64,000 bases of DNA from the human T2T-CHM13v2.0 reference genome, Homo sapiens, in assembly GCF_009914755.1 (NCBI RefSeq), contig NC_060925.1. One strand, 5' to 3'. Under the pieces are notes generated by a model. The model ran no database searches and was not told where the DNA came from. It worked only from the letters and a program-made list of their open reading frames with translations. A program made the position numbers and the translations under genes. This document shows, piece by piece, positions 16,838-33,192 of the stretch (its first letter is position 1; each line of letters starts with the position of its first letter).

Positions 16838-17500
16838 TCACACCATTAGACCAAGCTCTATCACAAAAGAAGGTGCCAGGGACGAGAAGCAGAGCTTAGG
16901 TTTTCTGCAGGCAGATCATTAATGACTTTACTCTGGTGTGTCTTAACAGGGTTCCCAGGAGCTCAGGATCTGAATGGTCTGTAGCAAAGTAATGTGAAAT
17001 GGGTTGACAAAGGAAAGAATCAGCTCTGCTCTAGTTTTACAAAGAGTGGCATAAATCTTGATCAAAATAGTGACCACAGGAGCTGGAGATAATTAATTAT
17101 TATTTGTATATAAGAATATCATATGTTACTCACGAGTCCCTCCTTTATAGCAATAACACCCAATAAATGGTAGTCAGAAATAAAGGGAGTATTTACTTTA
17201 GGAAAGCTCTTAAATTCTCAATTATCTTAACCTCTGAAGACTGTAGGGCTTTCAATCCGCATCTCTCCAGGCAGTAGGTATTGTAGTCAACCCACTGTTT
17301 CCAAGGTCTGTTTCTACCTTCTCAGGGATACATCACACAGGGTTTGTCTCTCCTCAAGTGTTGCTTTCTCTAATGCCACCTGGTCATCCAGCCAGGACAT
17401 GGGAGGAAGTATGGCAGATTTCGTCATTTCTTTCAACCAGGGAAAAGGGAGGATTGGAATAGTGTTTCCTAAAGTTGTGTTCAAGGCCTTGGTAGTTTCT

Positions 17501-17887
17501 GGATATTATTCTTTTGTCAGATGAGTAGATTGCAAACATTTTCTCCCATTCTGTAGGTTGGCTGTTCACTCTGATGGTAGTTTCTTTTGCTGTGCAGAAG
17601 CTCTTTAGTTTAAGTAGATCCCATTTGTTAATTTTGGCTTTTGTTGCCATTGCTTTTGGTGTTTTAGGCATGAAGTCCTTGCCCATGCCTATGTCCTGAA
17701 TGGTATTGCCTAGGTTTTCTTCTAGGGTTTTCATGGTTTTAGGTCTAACATGTAGGTCTTTAATCCATCGTGAATTAATTTTTGTATAAGGTGTAAGGAA
17801 GGGATCCAGTTTCAGCTTTCTACATATGGCTAGCCAGTTTTCCCAGCACCATTTATTAAATAGGGAATCATTTCCCCATTTCTCGTT
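17501..17887 (-). mobile_element. Isolated internal L1PA ORF2 fragment without 3' UTR or poly(A)
   Basis: Translates to L1 ORF2p ([39 protein letters not shown]...); 9-bp direct repeat GTAGTTTCT at both ends. Confidence 0.93.
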
Positions 17888-18649
17888 GTAGTTTCTAGCA
17901 TTATAGGAAAATGAGAAAAGTTTTGGGTCTTGAAGTATGGGGAACAACAACACCCTATGTAGGAACTAAAGGGAAATTCCAGAATCCTTCCTTCATTTGC
18001 CCCAAGTTGGAGTAGGAAAGAGGCACACTGCCCTGTTGGCAGCTAGGAGAGCCATAGGATCCCAGCTCCCATCAGCTTGCATCATGGAGGTCTGGAGTGA
18101 GGACCATGTAAACTGAACGGCCGGGCCCAAAGTACAGAGTCCATACTGTCAGACCTCATTTGGAGATTTCTAGAACCTTACCAGGAACTCCACTTGCTTC
18201 TTCAGAGAATTTAAGAACACAAGAATTACCACATGAGCTCAAAACATGATCCATCCAGCCTAGAAGTTGCTTTATCATGAAAATTCCAGAGATGTGTTAT
18301 GGCAGGACATGCTGCCCCCAAAGCCTCAAACCCCAGATGTCTTTAGCTATTGAGAGTATTTCTAAGAGCAAAGTCTCCATAATTTGGAAGAACGCTTCTA
18401 TAGCATAGGCTGAGGAGAAAAACAGAAACTGGGAAGAAAACTAGTTAGTTGTGGAAAATCTATTTGTACAAAGCCCTGTGATAGGTTCTTTTACAATAAG
18501 CATCTTTAAGACTTTCAATAACCCTATGAACTGGGTAATATTACTGCCTATTTTCCACATGAGGAAACAGAGAATTAGAAAGGCCAAGCCCTGTGCCGAA
18601 AACCACATCACTAAAAAGAGGTAGACTGAGATTTTCTTCAGCCTTTGCA

Positions 18650-19200
18650 TTCAATTAACTAATTGCTAAATCCTAGGGGTTCTGCCTCTTAAATAAGTCT
18701 CAAGTCAGTCTCCTCTTTGCCAGTTTCATTACCATGAGCCTGCTTCAAGTCTCCACTGTTTCGTTTTGACCATCGCAATGACCACTTAACTGGCCTTCCT
18801 ACATGTGTCACTACCCCCGCTTTCCCCTTCCCTCCCCACCCCACTCCACCCACCACAGCATCCTTCACTCTAGCCATGTTTTGCCCATACCACTCACTAC
18901 AGACTGTCTTAATAAAGTCTTTTTTCTTCCTTTAAGTCCCAACTTATGGCATCACCCCCTCTGAGAAGCCCACCCTGATATCTCAGGCACACTTAGAAGC
19001 TCCTCCCCAGTGCAGTACCTTGCGCGTGGGTCCTTCACAGCAGTGGTTGCATTGTAGCAGAACTGGCCCTTTAAGTGTCTATATCTCGCCAGACAGACAC
19101 CAAGTCTCTTTTCATCCATTTATCCCCTGCACTTACACTGTCTTGCCTACAGTAGGCACTCGAGAACTTGTTGAATAAAATGAATGAATGGAATGAGTGA
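18650..19200 (+). mobile_element. L2 3' remnant
   Basis: Ends GTAGGCACTCGAGAACTTGTTGAATAAAATGAATGAATG; boundaries approximate. Confidence 0.65.
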
Positions 19201-19645
19201 AATTTTTAAATACTTATCAAATCAAAGAAATGAGTAAATGAAATTTTAAACAAGTTATCTCTGACTCAAAAGCTACACTAATAAAAGAATCTTGAATCAC
19301 TACTAGAATGTTAGATTTCTCTTGTAAACACAAAAGGAACTAGAAAAATAATTACAGAGTAAACTTGATATGTAAAATTTGAATTTCAAACAGATGAAGT
19401 AATATTATTACTCACTTCAGCTACAAAAGGTACACATGGACCCATAATACATTATATTTATGCAACACTTCATAGTCTTCAAAGGATGTTTATATACTCT
19501 ATTTCATTTGAATCTAACAGCAATCCAGTAGGGTAAAGCAGAGGAGGTATTTATTAACCCAGTTTTTCAGATGAGGAAACTAAGGATCAGGGAGGTTAAA
19601 GTGACATACCCAAAGTCACACAGAGGCAGAAATAGAAAAGATCCT

Positions 19646-20150
<505 letters not shown>

Positions 20151-20399
20151 CTGAGGGCAGGCAACTCCTTCAGAGTCAAGACTCCATTCCGTTTGACAAG
20201 TCTCAATCTTCCTAGCAGACAGCTGACACTATGATTGATTCGGCTGCTCCATTGTCTCAAGCTCTAGGTTCCTTTCTGAACATTGTGGCCAGAAAGGATA
20301 GGTGGGGCAAAGTCAAGGCATGGGAGGAGGGCAGAGAGGTAGTGAGGGGAAATAGAGGCAGACAGACCTGGGTTCAAAATCTAGTTCCATCTCCTTCCT

Positions 20400-20950
20400 T
20401 TTCCAGATGGATATCCAATTGCTCTAGCACCAGTTGTTGAAAACACTTTTCTTTCTCCATTGGATTGCTATAGAGCTTTTGTTGAAAATCATTTGACTGT
20501 ATGTGTAAATGGTCTGTTCTAAGGCACTCTATTCTGTTTTAATGATTTATTTGTTTCTCCTGATGCCATAGAGTCTTAATAGTGTAGCTTTATAATAAGT
20601 CTTGAAGCCAGGTAGTTTAAGTCCTTTAACTTTGTTCTCTTCAGCTTTTCTGTAGGCATCCTAGGTTCTTTGCATATAAATGTGAGAGTCAGTTGACAAT
20701 TTCTACAAAAAACTCTAGTGAATCTATAGATCAATATGGGGAGAAGGTGATATCTTAACAATATTGAGTCTTCCAATCCATAAACATGGTATATCTATCT
20801 ACTTATGTAGGTCTTTAAAATTTTCTCTTAGCAATGTTTTATACTTTACAGTGTAGAGATCTTGCACATCTTCTGTTAGATGTATTCCTAGGTATTATAT
20901 GTTTTTGCTGTTATTGAAAACAGAATTATAGGTTTTATTTTTTTACTTTT
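20400..20950 (-). mobile_element. Ancient L1M ORF2 fragment
   Basis: Degenerate ORF2-like peptide (LPILIYRF) and L1 nucleotide motifs. Confidence 0.75.
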
Positions 20951-20961
20951 CAATTATAATA

Positions 20962-21152
20962 ACAGCAAATGTGAATTTACCTTGGAGTTAATACAGCTTA
21001 AGCTCCAGAGTTCTCCTTTGCAAAGGCCCTTTGCAAAACCTTCTGAGGTAGCCTAGCAGTTTTATAATCATAATTTTATATTATTTTTATTAAGTAGGGC
21101 CCTCCAAAATTGTACACCATCCAGATCACACAATACTTAGATTCATCCCCTG
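20962..21152 (-). mobile_element. MER69A-like hAT DNA-transposon fossil
   Basis: Recalled similarity (GCTTAAGCTCCAG...AGGGCCCTCCAAAATTGTA...CCCCTG). Confidence 0.55.
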
Positions 21153-21284
21153 CCTGCTAGTAATGTTCTTGTCTCTCTGAGAGCCTCAGTCTTCTTATAT
21201 CTAAAATTGGAATAATCTTTATCTATCTCCCAAGCTTATTTTTTCTAATGTGGTAAAACACACACACACAACAAAATTCGCTGG

Positions 21285-23933
<2,649 letters not shown>

Positions 23934-23939
23934 TTCACT

Positions 23940-24765
23940 GTTTTAACCATTTTAAAGAGTACACTTCAGTGACATTAAGCACACAATGTTGTGTAACCAT
24001 TACCTCTATCTGGAATTCTAAGTGCAAGTTCATCAGTCTTGTCTACCAGGTGACCTCTGATAGCAGGCTTTGATCATTCCATTGACGGTGAAAAAGTACA
24101 ATGATTATAATTCTCAGGAACTTCTAAAATCCCCTCCTGACTACAGACAAAAGGGTCCCAGGCATCTTAAGAGGCCAAAAGATTTTAACCTTTTTAAATG
24201 GTTAAAATGGCTGGCCTTTTCAAATGGTTTTAACCATTTTAAAGAGTACAATTCAGTCATATTAAGCGCGCAATGTTTTGCAACCATTACTTCTATCTAG
24301 TTCCAGGACTTTTTCATTATGCTAAAAGGAAATCCTACAACTATTAAGCAGACACTACCCATTCTCCCTTGCAACAACTAATCTGCTCTATTCATGGGTT
24401 TGCCTTTTCTAGATATTTCATATGAATGGAATCATACAATATGTGGCTTTTTGTGTCTGGCTTATTAGCATAATATTTTCAAGATTCATCCATGTTGTAG
24501 TATGTATAATCATTTCTTTTTATGACTGAGTAATATTCTGTTGCAGTATACCACACTTTGTTTAACCATTCATCTGTTGACGTACATTTTGGCTGTTTCC
24601 ATCTTTTGGCTATTGTGAATACTGTTGCTATGAACATTGTGTGCAAGTTTTTGTTTGTGCACCTGTTTCCAATTCTTTTGCATGTATACCCAGGAATGGA
24701 ATTGCTGGGTCATATGGTAATTCTATGTTTAACTTATTGAGGAAACACCAAACTGTTTTTCCTCC
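23940..24765 (-). mobile_element. L1MB-like 3' end (starts near 21240; split by the L1PA and by a templated insertion)
   Basis: TTTTAACCATTTTAAAG...GGAATCATACAATATGTGGC...GGAATTGCTGGGTCATATGGTAATTCTATGTTTAAC. Confidence 0.85.
24013..24182 (+). repeat. 170-bp local duplication, copy 2 (inserted in L1MB)
   Basis: 94% identical to 19981-20150; flanked by a 72-bp direct duplication of host sequence. Confidence 0.95.
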
Positions 24766-26599
24766 TAGAGTTATTTTGAGGATCAAATGAGCCAACACAT
24801 TTATAAAGCTTTTAGTATAGTGCCTGGCACATAGCAGGAACTCAATAAATCATTACTCAAAGATATAATTCAAATTATACACAAGTTATCAGCAATAGAG
24901 TACATCTGCTGTAAAATGTGTCATATGTTGGAGGGAACAATTAGTCCCTGCTCCTGATTTTTTGTGTGAAGTGACCTCCATTAGAATAACATTCCAAGCC
25001 TCTTGCTCCATCCCCTTTCTCATTCCTTCCAGAAAAAGAGGAATGATTTACCATCTGGAAGACCAAAGTAGGCCTGTTCTTGTCAGTCCATTTTACTGTT
25101 CCCTTGGGATCTACATGCCTGTAGGGAGCATGTATTTCAATCTCCTCTATAATTCTGTGCCGTAGAGTTCTAAGGGGCACGCCCCTATATTGGAGGTCTG
25201 AGGCTGTTTCACTCAAAGATTGGCATGGCAGATGTAGTGGGCAAATTTAATCTCAGGGCACAGTACTGGCAAGTATACTCGCTAATGGAGCCAAACCACC
25301 TTCTCTAAGCACCTTCATGAGTAATAAAGATTATATTTTTGATTTACAGCTGCCTGACCCCTGTGTATCTTACACAATTGGTTCTGTCAATGAGAAGAAA
25401 GGGATATTGTATATTGCTTCCCTCCAAAAAAAAAAAAAAAAAAACAAAACCCTGATATACCCAGGTAAATTAACAAGGCTGCTTCAATCCCCAAGTTCTT
25501 CTACTTCGAATCTAAGTAGGTTAAAAAACAAACTTTAAATTGAGATCAAATATAACGAGTGACTGTCTTTTTCAGAGAGTTTTTTATTCTTTGATCTTGG
25601 AAAAGTTAAAATTAAAATAGAAAGGCATTGGGCTATTCTGTGGTATTATTATAGTAAACCTTGATATAGAAAATGCTTTGCAAGCAATTCTCCATTGTGG
25701 AGAGCCTTTATTTCAACGTCCTTATATTCTTAAATTACCAACTTTGAGGTGGCATTCGTTTTCATTTTTGCACTTAGTAGAGCATAATATCACATTCACT
25801 CTTTTTTTCTCCTGGGGTGAATGCAGAATTGATAAGTAGTGAATGTCTTCTTTTAATTCAATTCAATAAACATTTATTGAGCACCTGCTATGTGCTAGGC
25901 ACTGTGCCAGGCATTCTGGGGGAGACCAAAATGTGTATCCTTCAGTTTCATATGCAAACAGCTTTTAGTCTAGTGGCAAATGAAAAAAAATGATACCTAC
26001 GTAAGTATGAGGCAAATTTTAGTTGATTTGGCTTTAAATGGGTTTCAGCCATTTGGTTTGGATGATTAAAATCTGATACATCTCTACAAAGGAAATTGGA
26101 TTCAGAATTTTTATTTCATTGCTATTCCCATGCTAGTTATCCTCCCTTCTGTCAGACTAAATTTCTCTCTTTGGAAAATGACATGTTTTCTACAGTTGCA
26201 AACATATTCCAACCTATTCAACTAGTTTATTAGCTTATTTTATCTTTATGAACTAATCCTTTAAGCAGCTTAATTGAGTAATTTTTTGCTGCTATTATAT
26301 TTTTCAGACAGGTAATAGGCAACATCAGGCTAGTGAATGAACAAATTAATGGATAAATAGAATTCCAGACTGAAACTCAGAAAACTCGAATTTTAGTTTT
26401 ATCCCAAATATATCCTTTAGAAATTCCTTTCCCCAAAGTTACTTCTCAGGGTTTGGGATCACACTGTCTAAATTTATGTGTTTGTTAGGTAGATCGAAAG
26501 GTGTGGAAAACAACAACATCTAGAGTATTTATGTCCAGGAAAACCTAAGTATGAACATATTTCCATAGATGGATACATTGATCCATTCAAGGCCCAAAT

Positions 26600-26840
26600 G
26601 AAAGGTGGCTGTAGCAAAATTATTTAAATGGGGCTATGAAGCCAGGCTGCTCAGCCTTGAATCCTGACTCTTTACCCTTCTAGCTGTGTGACCTTGGACA
26701 AGTGAGGTGACTCGGTTTCCTCATCTGTAAAATGAGGATAAATCGTATTGTCTGCTTCGCAGATTTGTTTTGGGGAATAAAAGTGAGTTAATATTTGCAA
26801 AGTACTTAGACCAGTCCCTGGCACATGGTAAAAACTCTGG
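26600..26840 (+). mobile_element. MIR
   Basis: CTAGCTGTGTGACCTTGGACAAGT...TCGGTTTCCTCATCTGTAAAATGAGGATAA core. Confidence 0.85.
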
Positions 26841-27263
26841 AACCTCAGTTGAAATGCAGTCATGAGTTTGGGATACAGAAAGAGGGCTAAAAAATAGTGC
26901 CCCCAAAGGACATAAGAAGGTAGAAGAAGGTAGAATGAAGTGAAACAAAAGAATGGGCCAAATGAAGAGAAAGTTGTAAAAGAACACAAGGCAAGTGTTT
27001 GGCTCAGAGATAGATAGTGACTCCATTGCAGCGTATAGAAAGAAAGGACCCAAACCTTTTTGTTTCTTGTTCTATATGACCCTGTACAACTCACTTGACC
27101 TCCCTGTCCTCTAATTCCTCCCCTACAAAAAAGATGACAGGCAGTAGAAAGTAGTGGTTAAATACCAGCATCACCATTGACTAGCTGTGTGACCTTGGGC
27201 AAGTTACTTAACCTTTCTGGGCCTTAATTTCAACTGTTCCATGAGAATATTAATAGTTCCTAA

Positions 27264-27945
27264 CATTGGGGCTCAGAAAATGATGCCCCAATCATGGTGC
27301 TTTGGCATGCTGAGTACTTTGAACTAAAGGAGATTGGAAGCCTCAGAAGCAGCCTCAGAACCAAGGTTTCTCCAACCTTCTCCTGCCCCTCAGTCTCTTG
27401 CCCCTCTTTCTTCCCCAAAGTGTCATCGAAACCAGAATTCCTCCTCCCCAACGCAAATCATAGAAACTGGAACACCTCTACCCCCAGAGAAAACCGTAAA
27501 ACCTAGATATTTCTCTAACTTTCCCCTGCCTTTCTGTGTAGGAGCTGGTCATAAAGAAATTCTCTGACTTACTGTGTCTGATTATAGGTTATAAGACCCT
27601 CATTCCAGAGTGGTACTGCCCTGCGTCTGGGAAGAAGGAAGGCCACACAGAGAGACCAAGAAGAATCCTAACAGACAGGGCTTGCTTGGTTTCCCCCTCA
27701 GTCTCTTACCGTTAGATCAGACCTCTTTGGTCCTACCACGTTTCTACATGGCTGTCCATTCTTCATCGAATCTAAGAATAAAAATGGATAGTTTTCCCTG
27801 GGTCTTTGGGTCTTCATTTCTGAAGGCTTCCTGTATCAGGTAAGACTTTGATTAAAGAAATCTGTTCTGTTTTTCTCTTGTTAACCTGTGTTTTGTTATA
27901 GAAGTATCAGGCATCACCCTTATGATGGGTAAGGAAAGGTATCAA
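27264..27945 (+). mobile_element. MER39-like ERV1 solo LTR inserted in a MIR
   Basis: TTGGGGCTCAGAAAATGATGCCCC...GCTTTGGCATGCTGAGTACTTTGAACTAAAGGAGATTGGAAG start; GGGTAAGGAAAGGTATCA end. Confidence 0.82.
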
Positions 27946-29329
27946 ACAAACACTCAAGAGGTCTCAGGATATCAGTTTGCATGTAAAAGCATTTTATACA
28001 CTTCAGAGGCCTCCACCCTACAAATATTAGAGCTTATTACGACCTTCAAATTTATTTACTGTTTTCCATTTAGATAGTGATGTGGCCTAAACATTTTCCT
28101 TCTGTCTTCATCTAACTGATTTTTAAAACAAATTGAGAATCTCGGTCAGTAGTGAGATTTCATAGCTTCTATCTCTCCTCTCTGTGGGCTGACTTCCTAG
28201 CTAATTCTTTCCCTCTGGATAGCTGTAAAAGCAAGAACTACTGCCAGGACAGCTCTTATCAAAATATTTTAGCACTTCTGCATCTGGTCCTGGCCATAAA
28301 ATAGAAGTGAAGAAACACTTATGTAAAGCTTTCAGAGCTGTGAAGGAAAAAGAAAGCTCTTATATTATTGGCTCTGGTTCATATATCTCCAGGACAGCAA
28401 GGAAAAAATAACTAAGATTTAAACCAAAAAGGCATTCAGTGAAAGAAACTGAAAGACATGACATGAGCACCAGCAACTAAGATAAACAAGAGAGCAAAAA
28501 AGAGTCAATGTTGTTGAGTGAATTATCTTTCCCCTGAGCTCTGTTCAGCTCTGTGTACCCAGTAAACTAATGAGCTGGGCCAGTGGGAGAACTCAATATG
28601 CTAACAAATCAGCTTCCGAGCAATTGTTCCCACCCTTGTCCGATTGCTGTGCTGGCAGCTCATGTCCATGCCAGTGGGTCCCTGGGTCCCGAAACCTCTT
28701 CCTCCTCTGCAGTCAAGTTCTTTCTGTCCTAGTACTTCTCATGATCAAATAGGAAATGGATAACACAGACAGCATTCATTTAATATTGACTGGGCATCTA
28801 CCATGCTCCAGGCACTGAGCTAGGATCTGGGGTATGCAGATAAACAAGACAAAAGCCTTGCATTCAAAGAGTTCTCTTAAGTAATGGGAAAGACAATAGC
28901 AGTAAGATGTGGCAAGAACTAAGGAGGTGGGATGCCCTGAGCACACACTTAAGGGAGTTACTGTTCTCTCCGAAGGAGGTGGGAAAGACAAAAGCCTTAA
29001 CGTGGCATTTCTTATATATCAACTGTCTTATAATCCTCATGACATCTCTTATGAAAGGGATATGATTTGTATCACTTTATAGATTAGGAAACTGAGGCTC
29101 AATGTAATTAAGTCACTTATTCCACGTAACAAGACGCTGAATCTAATTCTTACTCCAAAGCCTCTGCTCTTTCCAGTAACCTTATTTTGTTGACATGACA
29201 GGATGATAATGCTGGTGGGATTGAAAGGGAAGGGGAAAGGGTGGGTAGGAAAACTAGGTGAAATTGTGAGTAATTTCATGGCAGAGAGGGAAGGTAACTG
29301 AAAGAAACAGGGAGGAGTGAAGAGAGATT

Positions 29330-29533
29330 ACATGAAGAAAGAGAGAAGGCAGCATTGTTGTACTGAAGCCTGCCCTAATCTACACTCATATTCAGGAATT
29401 TTGCTATCTGGTTGTTATACCCTTGGCAGCTTAATCCACAATGGTGGGAGTATTTATAGGACAGAAATTGGCAAATCTTACAAATTAGTGTGTTTCTCTC
29501 TCCCAGAGACCCAGTTAACCAGCACACCGCTGG
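29330..29533 (-). mobile_element. MER63-like hAT fossil
   Basis: ATGGTGGGAGTATTTA...AAATTGGCAAA...ACCAGCACACCGCTGG. Confidence 0.6.
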
Positions 29534-29721
29534 TGAGAAGGCTGGGAGAGCACGTGGATAGCTGTGGAAGCATTTACAAATAGTAAATTTCTTCTGGGGG
29601 AAAACTGAAGTCTTAAGTCATATACATCCCATCTGTTCACATACCTCTATTTCTAGTGATGAAAAAAGTGCGCTGAATGGAGACACTGGTGTGTAAACGC
29701 TAATTGATTTTCCTCTTTCAC

Positions 29722-30330
29722 ATGCTATAATAGTGAGGATTCTTTGGAATGCAAGTGACAGAAACTAGTGCAACTGGCTTGATCGAAAAAAGGGGTTTAT
29801 TTGCTCAGACACTCTTATCAGCAAGTCCAGGGAAGGATTTGACTTTAGGGATCCCTGAGAGTTAACAAGTGCTCTCGGTTGTCAGCTCTAGGTTCTTTTT
29901 CTCCCTCTCCATTTTTCGCCCTTATTTCTGGATGTTTGCCTTGCTCTTTCCAAATGCATAGATGCTTTCTACGCAGAAGTAGTGCAGAGAAGGGAGTCCT
30001 GAGTGGGAAAGGGATGAAATGGCCCCAGGCATTGCCATGCTTGCATCACACCAGCTTGGTGACCCCAGAGGAAAGAGACAGCTTTTCCCTTCTAGCAGCC
30101 AACTCTATCCCAGGGCACCATTGTGATAGTCCTGGCTTAAGTCATACACCATGTCTGGGTCAATCACTGTGTTCAGAGGAATGGGATACTTTGATTGGCT
30201 AGACCTGGGTGATGTGCACACCCCTGACTCCAGGGAAAGTAGGATTCTGTTTGGTAGACCTACCTGGATTGGGGTAGGTCAAGAGGGTACAGTTACCAGA
30301 AGAAGTGAGGGAAAGGTGTTAAGTGGACTA
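29722..30330 (-). mobile_element. Old MaLR LTR (MLT1J/K-like)
   Basis: AGGATTCTTTGGAATGCAAGTGACAGAAAC...ACTGGCTT, the antisense MLT1 3' end; right boundary approximate. Confidence 0.6.
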
Positions 30331-30459
30331 AACCAAAAGATTTCCTTTATATCTGCTCATATTATTTTTAGAAGCACTAACATTCTGGATCTTTAGGGTA
30401 CCTTAAATGAGGCACTTAGATGACATGGGGAAGAATACAATCATTTGACCTTATGGTTA

Positions 30460-31040
30460 TCTCCCTACAAAGTTGATTTATTTTGAATAAAGTCCAAAAT
30501 CCTTGCGAAGTCTCAATGAGATCAGGCCCCTGCCCACAACTACATTTCTAGCCTCCTTCTCTATCACTTCCTAGCCACCCCAATTCTCCCTTCATTTATG
30601 CCACTTCAGTCACACTAGCTTTCTTTCTGTTTCTAGAAGAGGCTGTTTATCTTCCAGCCTTTCAATGACCATTTACTCTGCCAGAAATGCGCATCTCCTA
30701 GACATTCCCATGGCTGGCTCCTTCTCATAATTCATCTCAAATATTACCTTTCAGAAAAGACTTTTTCTTAACCACCGTGTACAAACTCGTTGTTGCCCCA
30801 ACCATAAACAACTTCTATCTCATCATTCTGTTTTATTCCACTTGCATCTAGCACCATGTCACATTTTCTTTTTATTAATGTTTCTTTGTTAATTGACTGT
30901 CTCCCTCTACTAGAATGTAAGCTTAATCAGAGCAAGAACCATGTCTGTGTCTTATTCACTGATGTGTCCCTCTATCCTAGCACAGTGCTTCATTCGTAAT
31001 AGTGCTTAACAAATACCTGTGTGATGAGCAAATAAACAGA
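30460..31040 (+). mobile_element. L2 3' remnant
   Basis: CTACTAGAATGTAAGCT...CCTAGCACAGTGC motifs. Confidence 0.7.
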
Positions 31041-31049
31041 ATCGATGTA

Positions 31050-31470
31050 TAGTTGACCCTTGAACAACACAGGTTTGAACTGCATGGGTTCACTTATACA
31101 AAGATTTCCTTCCACCTCTGCCACCCCTAAGATAGCAAGACCAGCCCCTCCTCTTGCTCCTTCTCTTCAGCCTACTTAACTGAAGATGGTGAGGGTGAAG
31201 ACCTTTATTATGATTGAGTTCCACTTAATGAATAGTAAATATATTTCTCTTCCTTATGATCTTTTCTCTAGTTTACTTAATTGTAAGAACACAGAATATA
31301 ATACCTATAACATACAAAATACGTGTTAATCGACTATTATGCTATCAGTAAGGCTTCCAGTCAACAGTAGACTATTAGTAGTTAAGTTTTGGAATCAAAA
31401 GCCATACACAAATTTTCGACTGCACAGGTGGCTGGTTCCCCTAACTCTCGCATTGTTCAAGGGTCAATTG
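31050..31470. mobile_element. Tigger2a/MER28-like MITE
   Basis: Terminal inverted repeats AGTTGACCCTTGAACAA ... TTGTTCAAGGGTCAATT; TA on the left flank. Confidence 0.88.
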
Positions 31471-32231
31471 TCTTATGCTACTGTTATCAGCAGAATAAGC
31501 TTGAGGCAAGATAAGAGGTTCAGGATTTATGGGTTATTAACTCAATGTTCTTGAGGCATTCTCCATGTCTTCTATCCTGCCTTTCCTTCCACTTAAACTG
31601 CTCAAAAGTAAATGATAATCACTTTATGGCCAAAGCTAATGACATCTCTTTGATTCATCTTATCTTGATCTTTCTGTTGCCTTTGACACTTGCCCAATTA
31701 CTCACTTGATTTTTCTTTTTCTAGTTTCAACTTCCACAATTCTGTGATATATTCTCCTTCCTACCTTTTCTGCCTTTCCTTATCTCTCCTTTCCTGGCTT
31801 CAGGTCTTCCCATTAATCCTGGGTATCTATCAAGTCTTAGTCTGTTTTAGTTGCATATTTACCATCATGACAACACAGATCAGCCCAAAAGCAACTTCTA
31901 GAAGCCATAAGATTTACAGGATCAAGAGCTCTGTAAACTAACCAAAAATAGGAACCATAATTCTCAGTGCTATTGACATAAACTTATAATGATTTTTCCA
32001 GGAACTTTACTATCTAAATCATTTATATAGTAATGAGAATGGATTTAGGAGTATTACCAAGGAAGTTATCAATCTATTCACAAAATCTGGTGTCAGAAGA
32101 TATTACTTTAATGCAAAGGGAGAAATTAGAGATGAAGATGAATATTTATACCTAAAGTTCTTCCTCACAGTCTTATTCATGATTTTAAAAATAGTATGAG
32201 AAGAACCAATGTTCAATAAAAGAGGAATAAA

Positions 32232-32303
32232 TAAGATACCTTTAGACATCATGATTGTTTAAAATACCTAAGATACCTTTAGACATCATGATTGTTTAAA
32301 ATA
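32232..32303. repeat. Tandem duplication, period 37, 35 bp identical
   Basis: TAAGATACCTTTAGACATCATGATTGTTTAAAATA at 32232-32266 and 32269-32303. Confidence 0.95.
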
Positions 32304-32503
32304 TTTAATGTGTGAGAAAATAATCTTGTTATAATCCTGAGTGAAAAATGGAGGACACAAAATATGTAGGAAGAGAGAAAAACAAAGAGCAGACTCTTTT
32401 ATGAGTGATTTTCAGCATGTCATTAGGTATTTTTATACTTCTAAAATATTTTCTAAACTGTCTACAATAAGCAAGTATGATCTTATGAAACTATTAATTT
32501 TCA

Positions 32504-32834
<331 letters not shown>

Positions 32835-32836
32835 GG

Positions 32837-33192
<356 letters not shown>

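Noticed and set aside
17384-17953. 189-aa chimeric ORF
   Set aside because: Mostly the L1 ORF2 fragment read in frame with short flanks; starts at GTG with no promoter or splice support.
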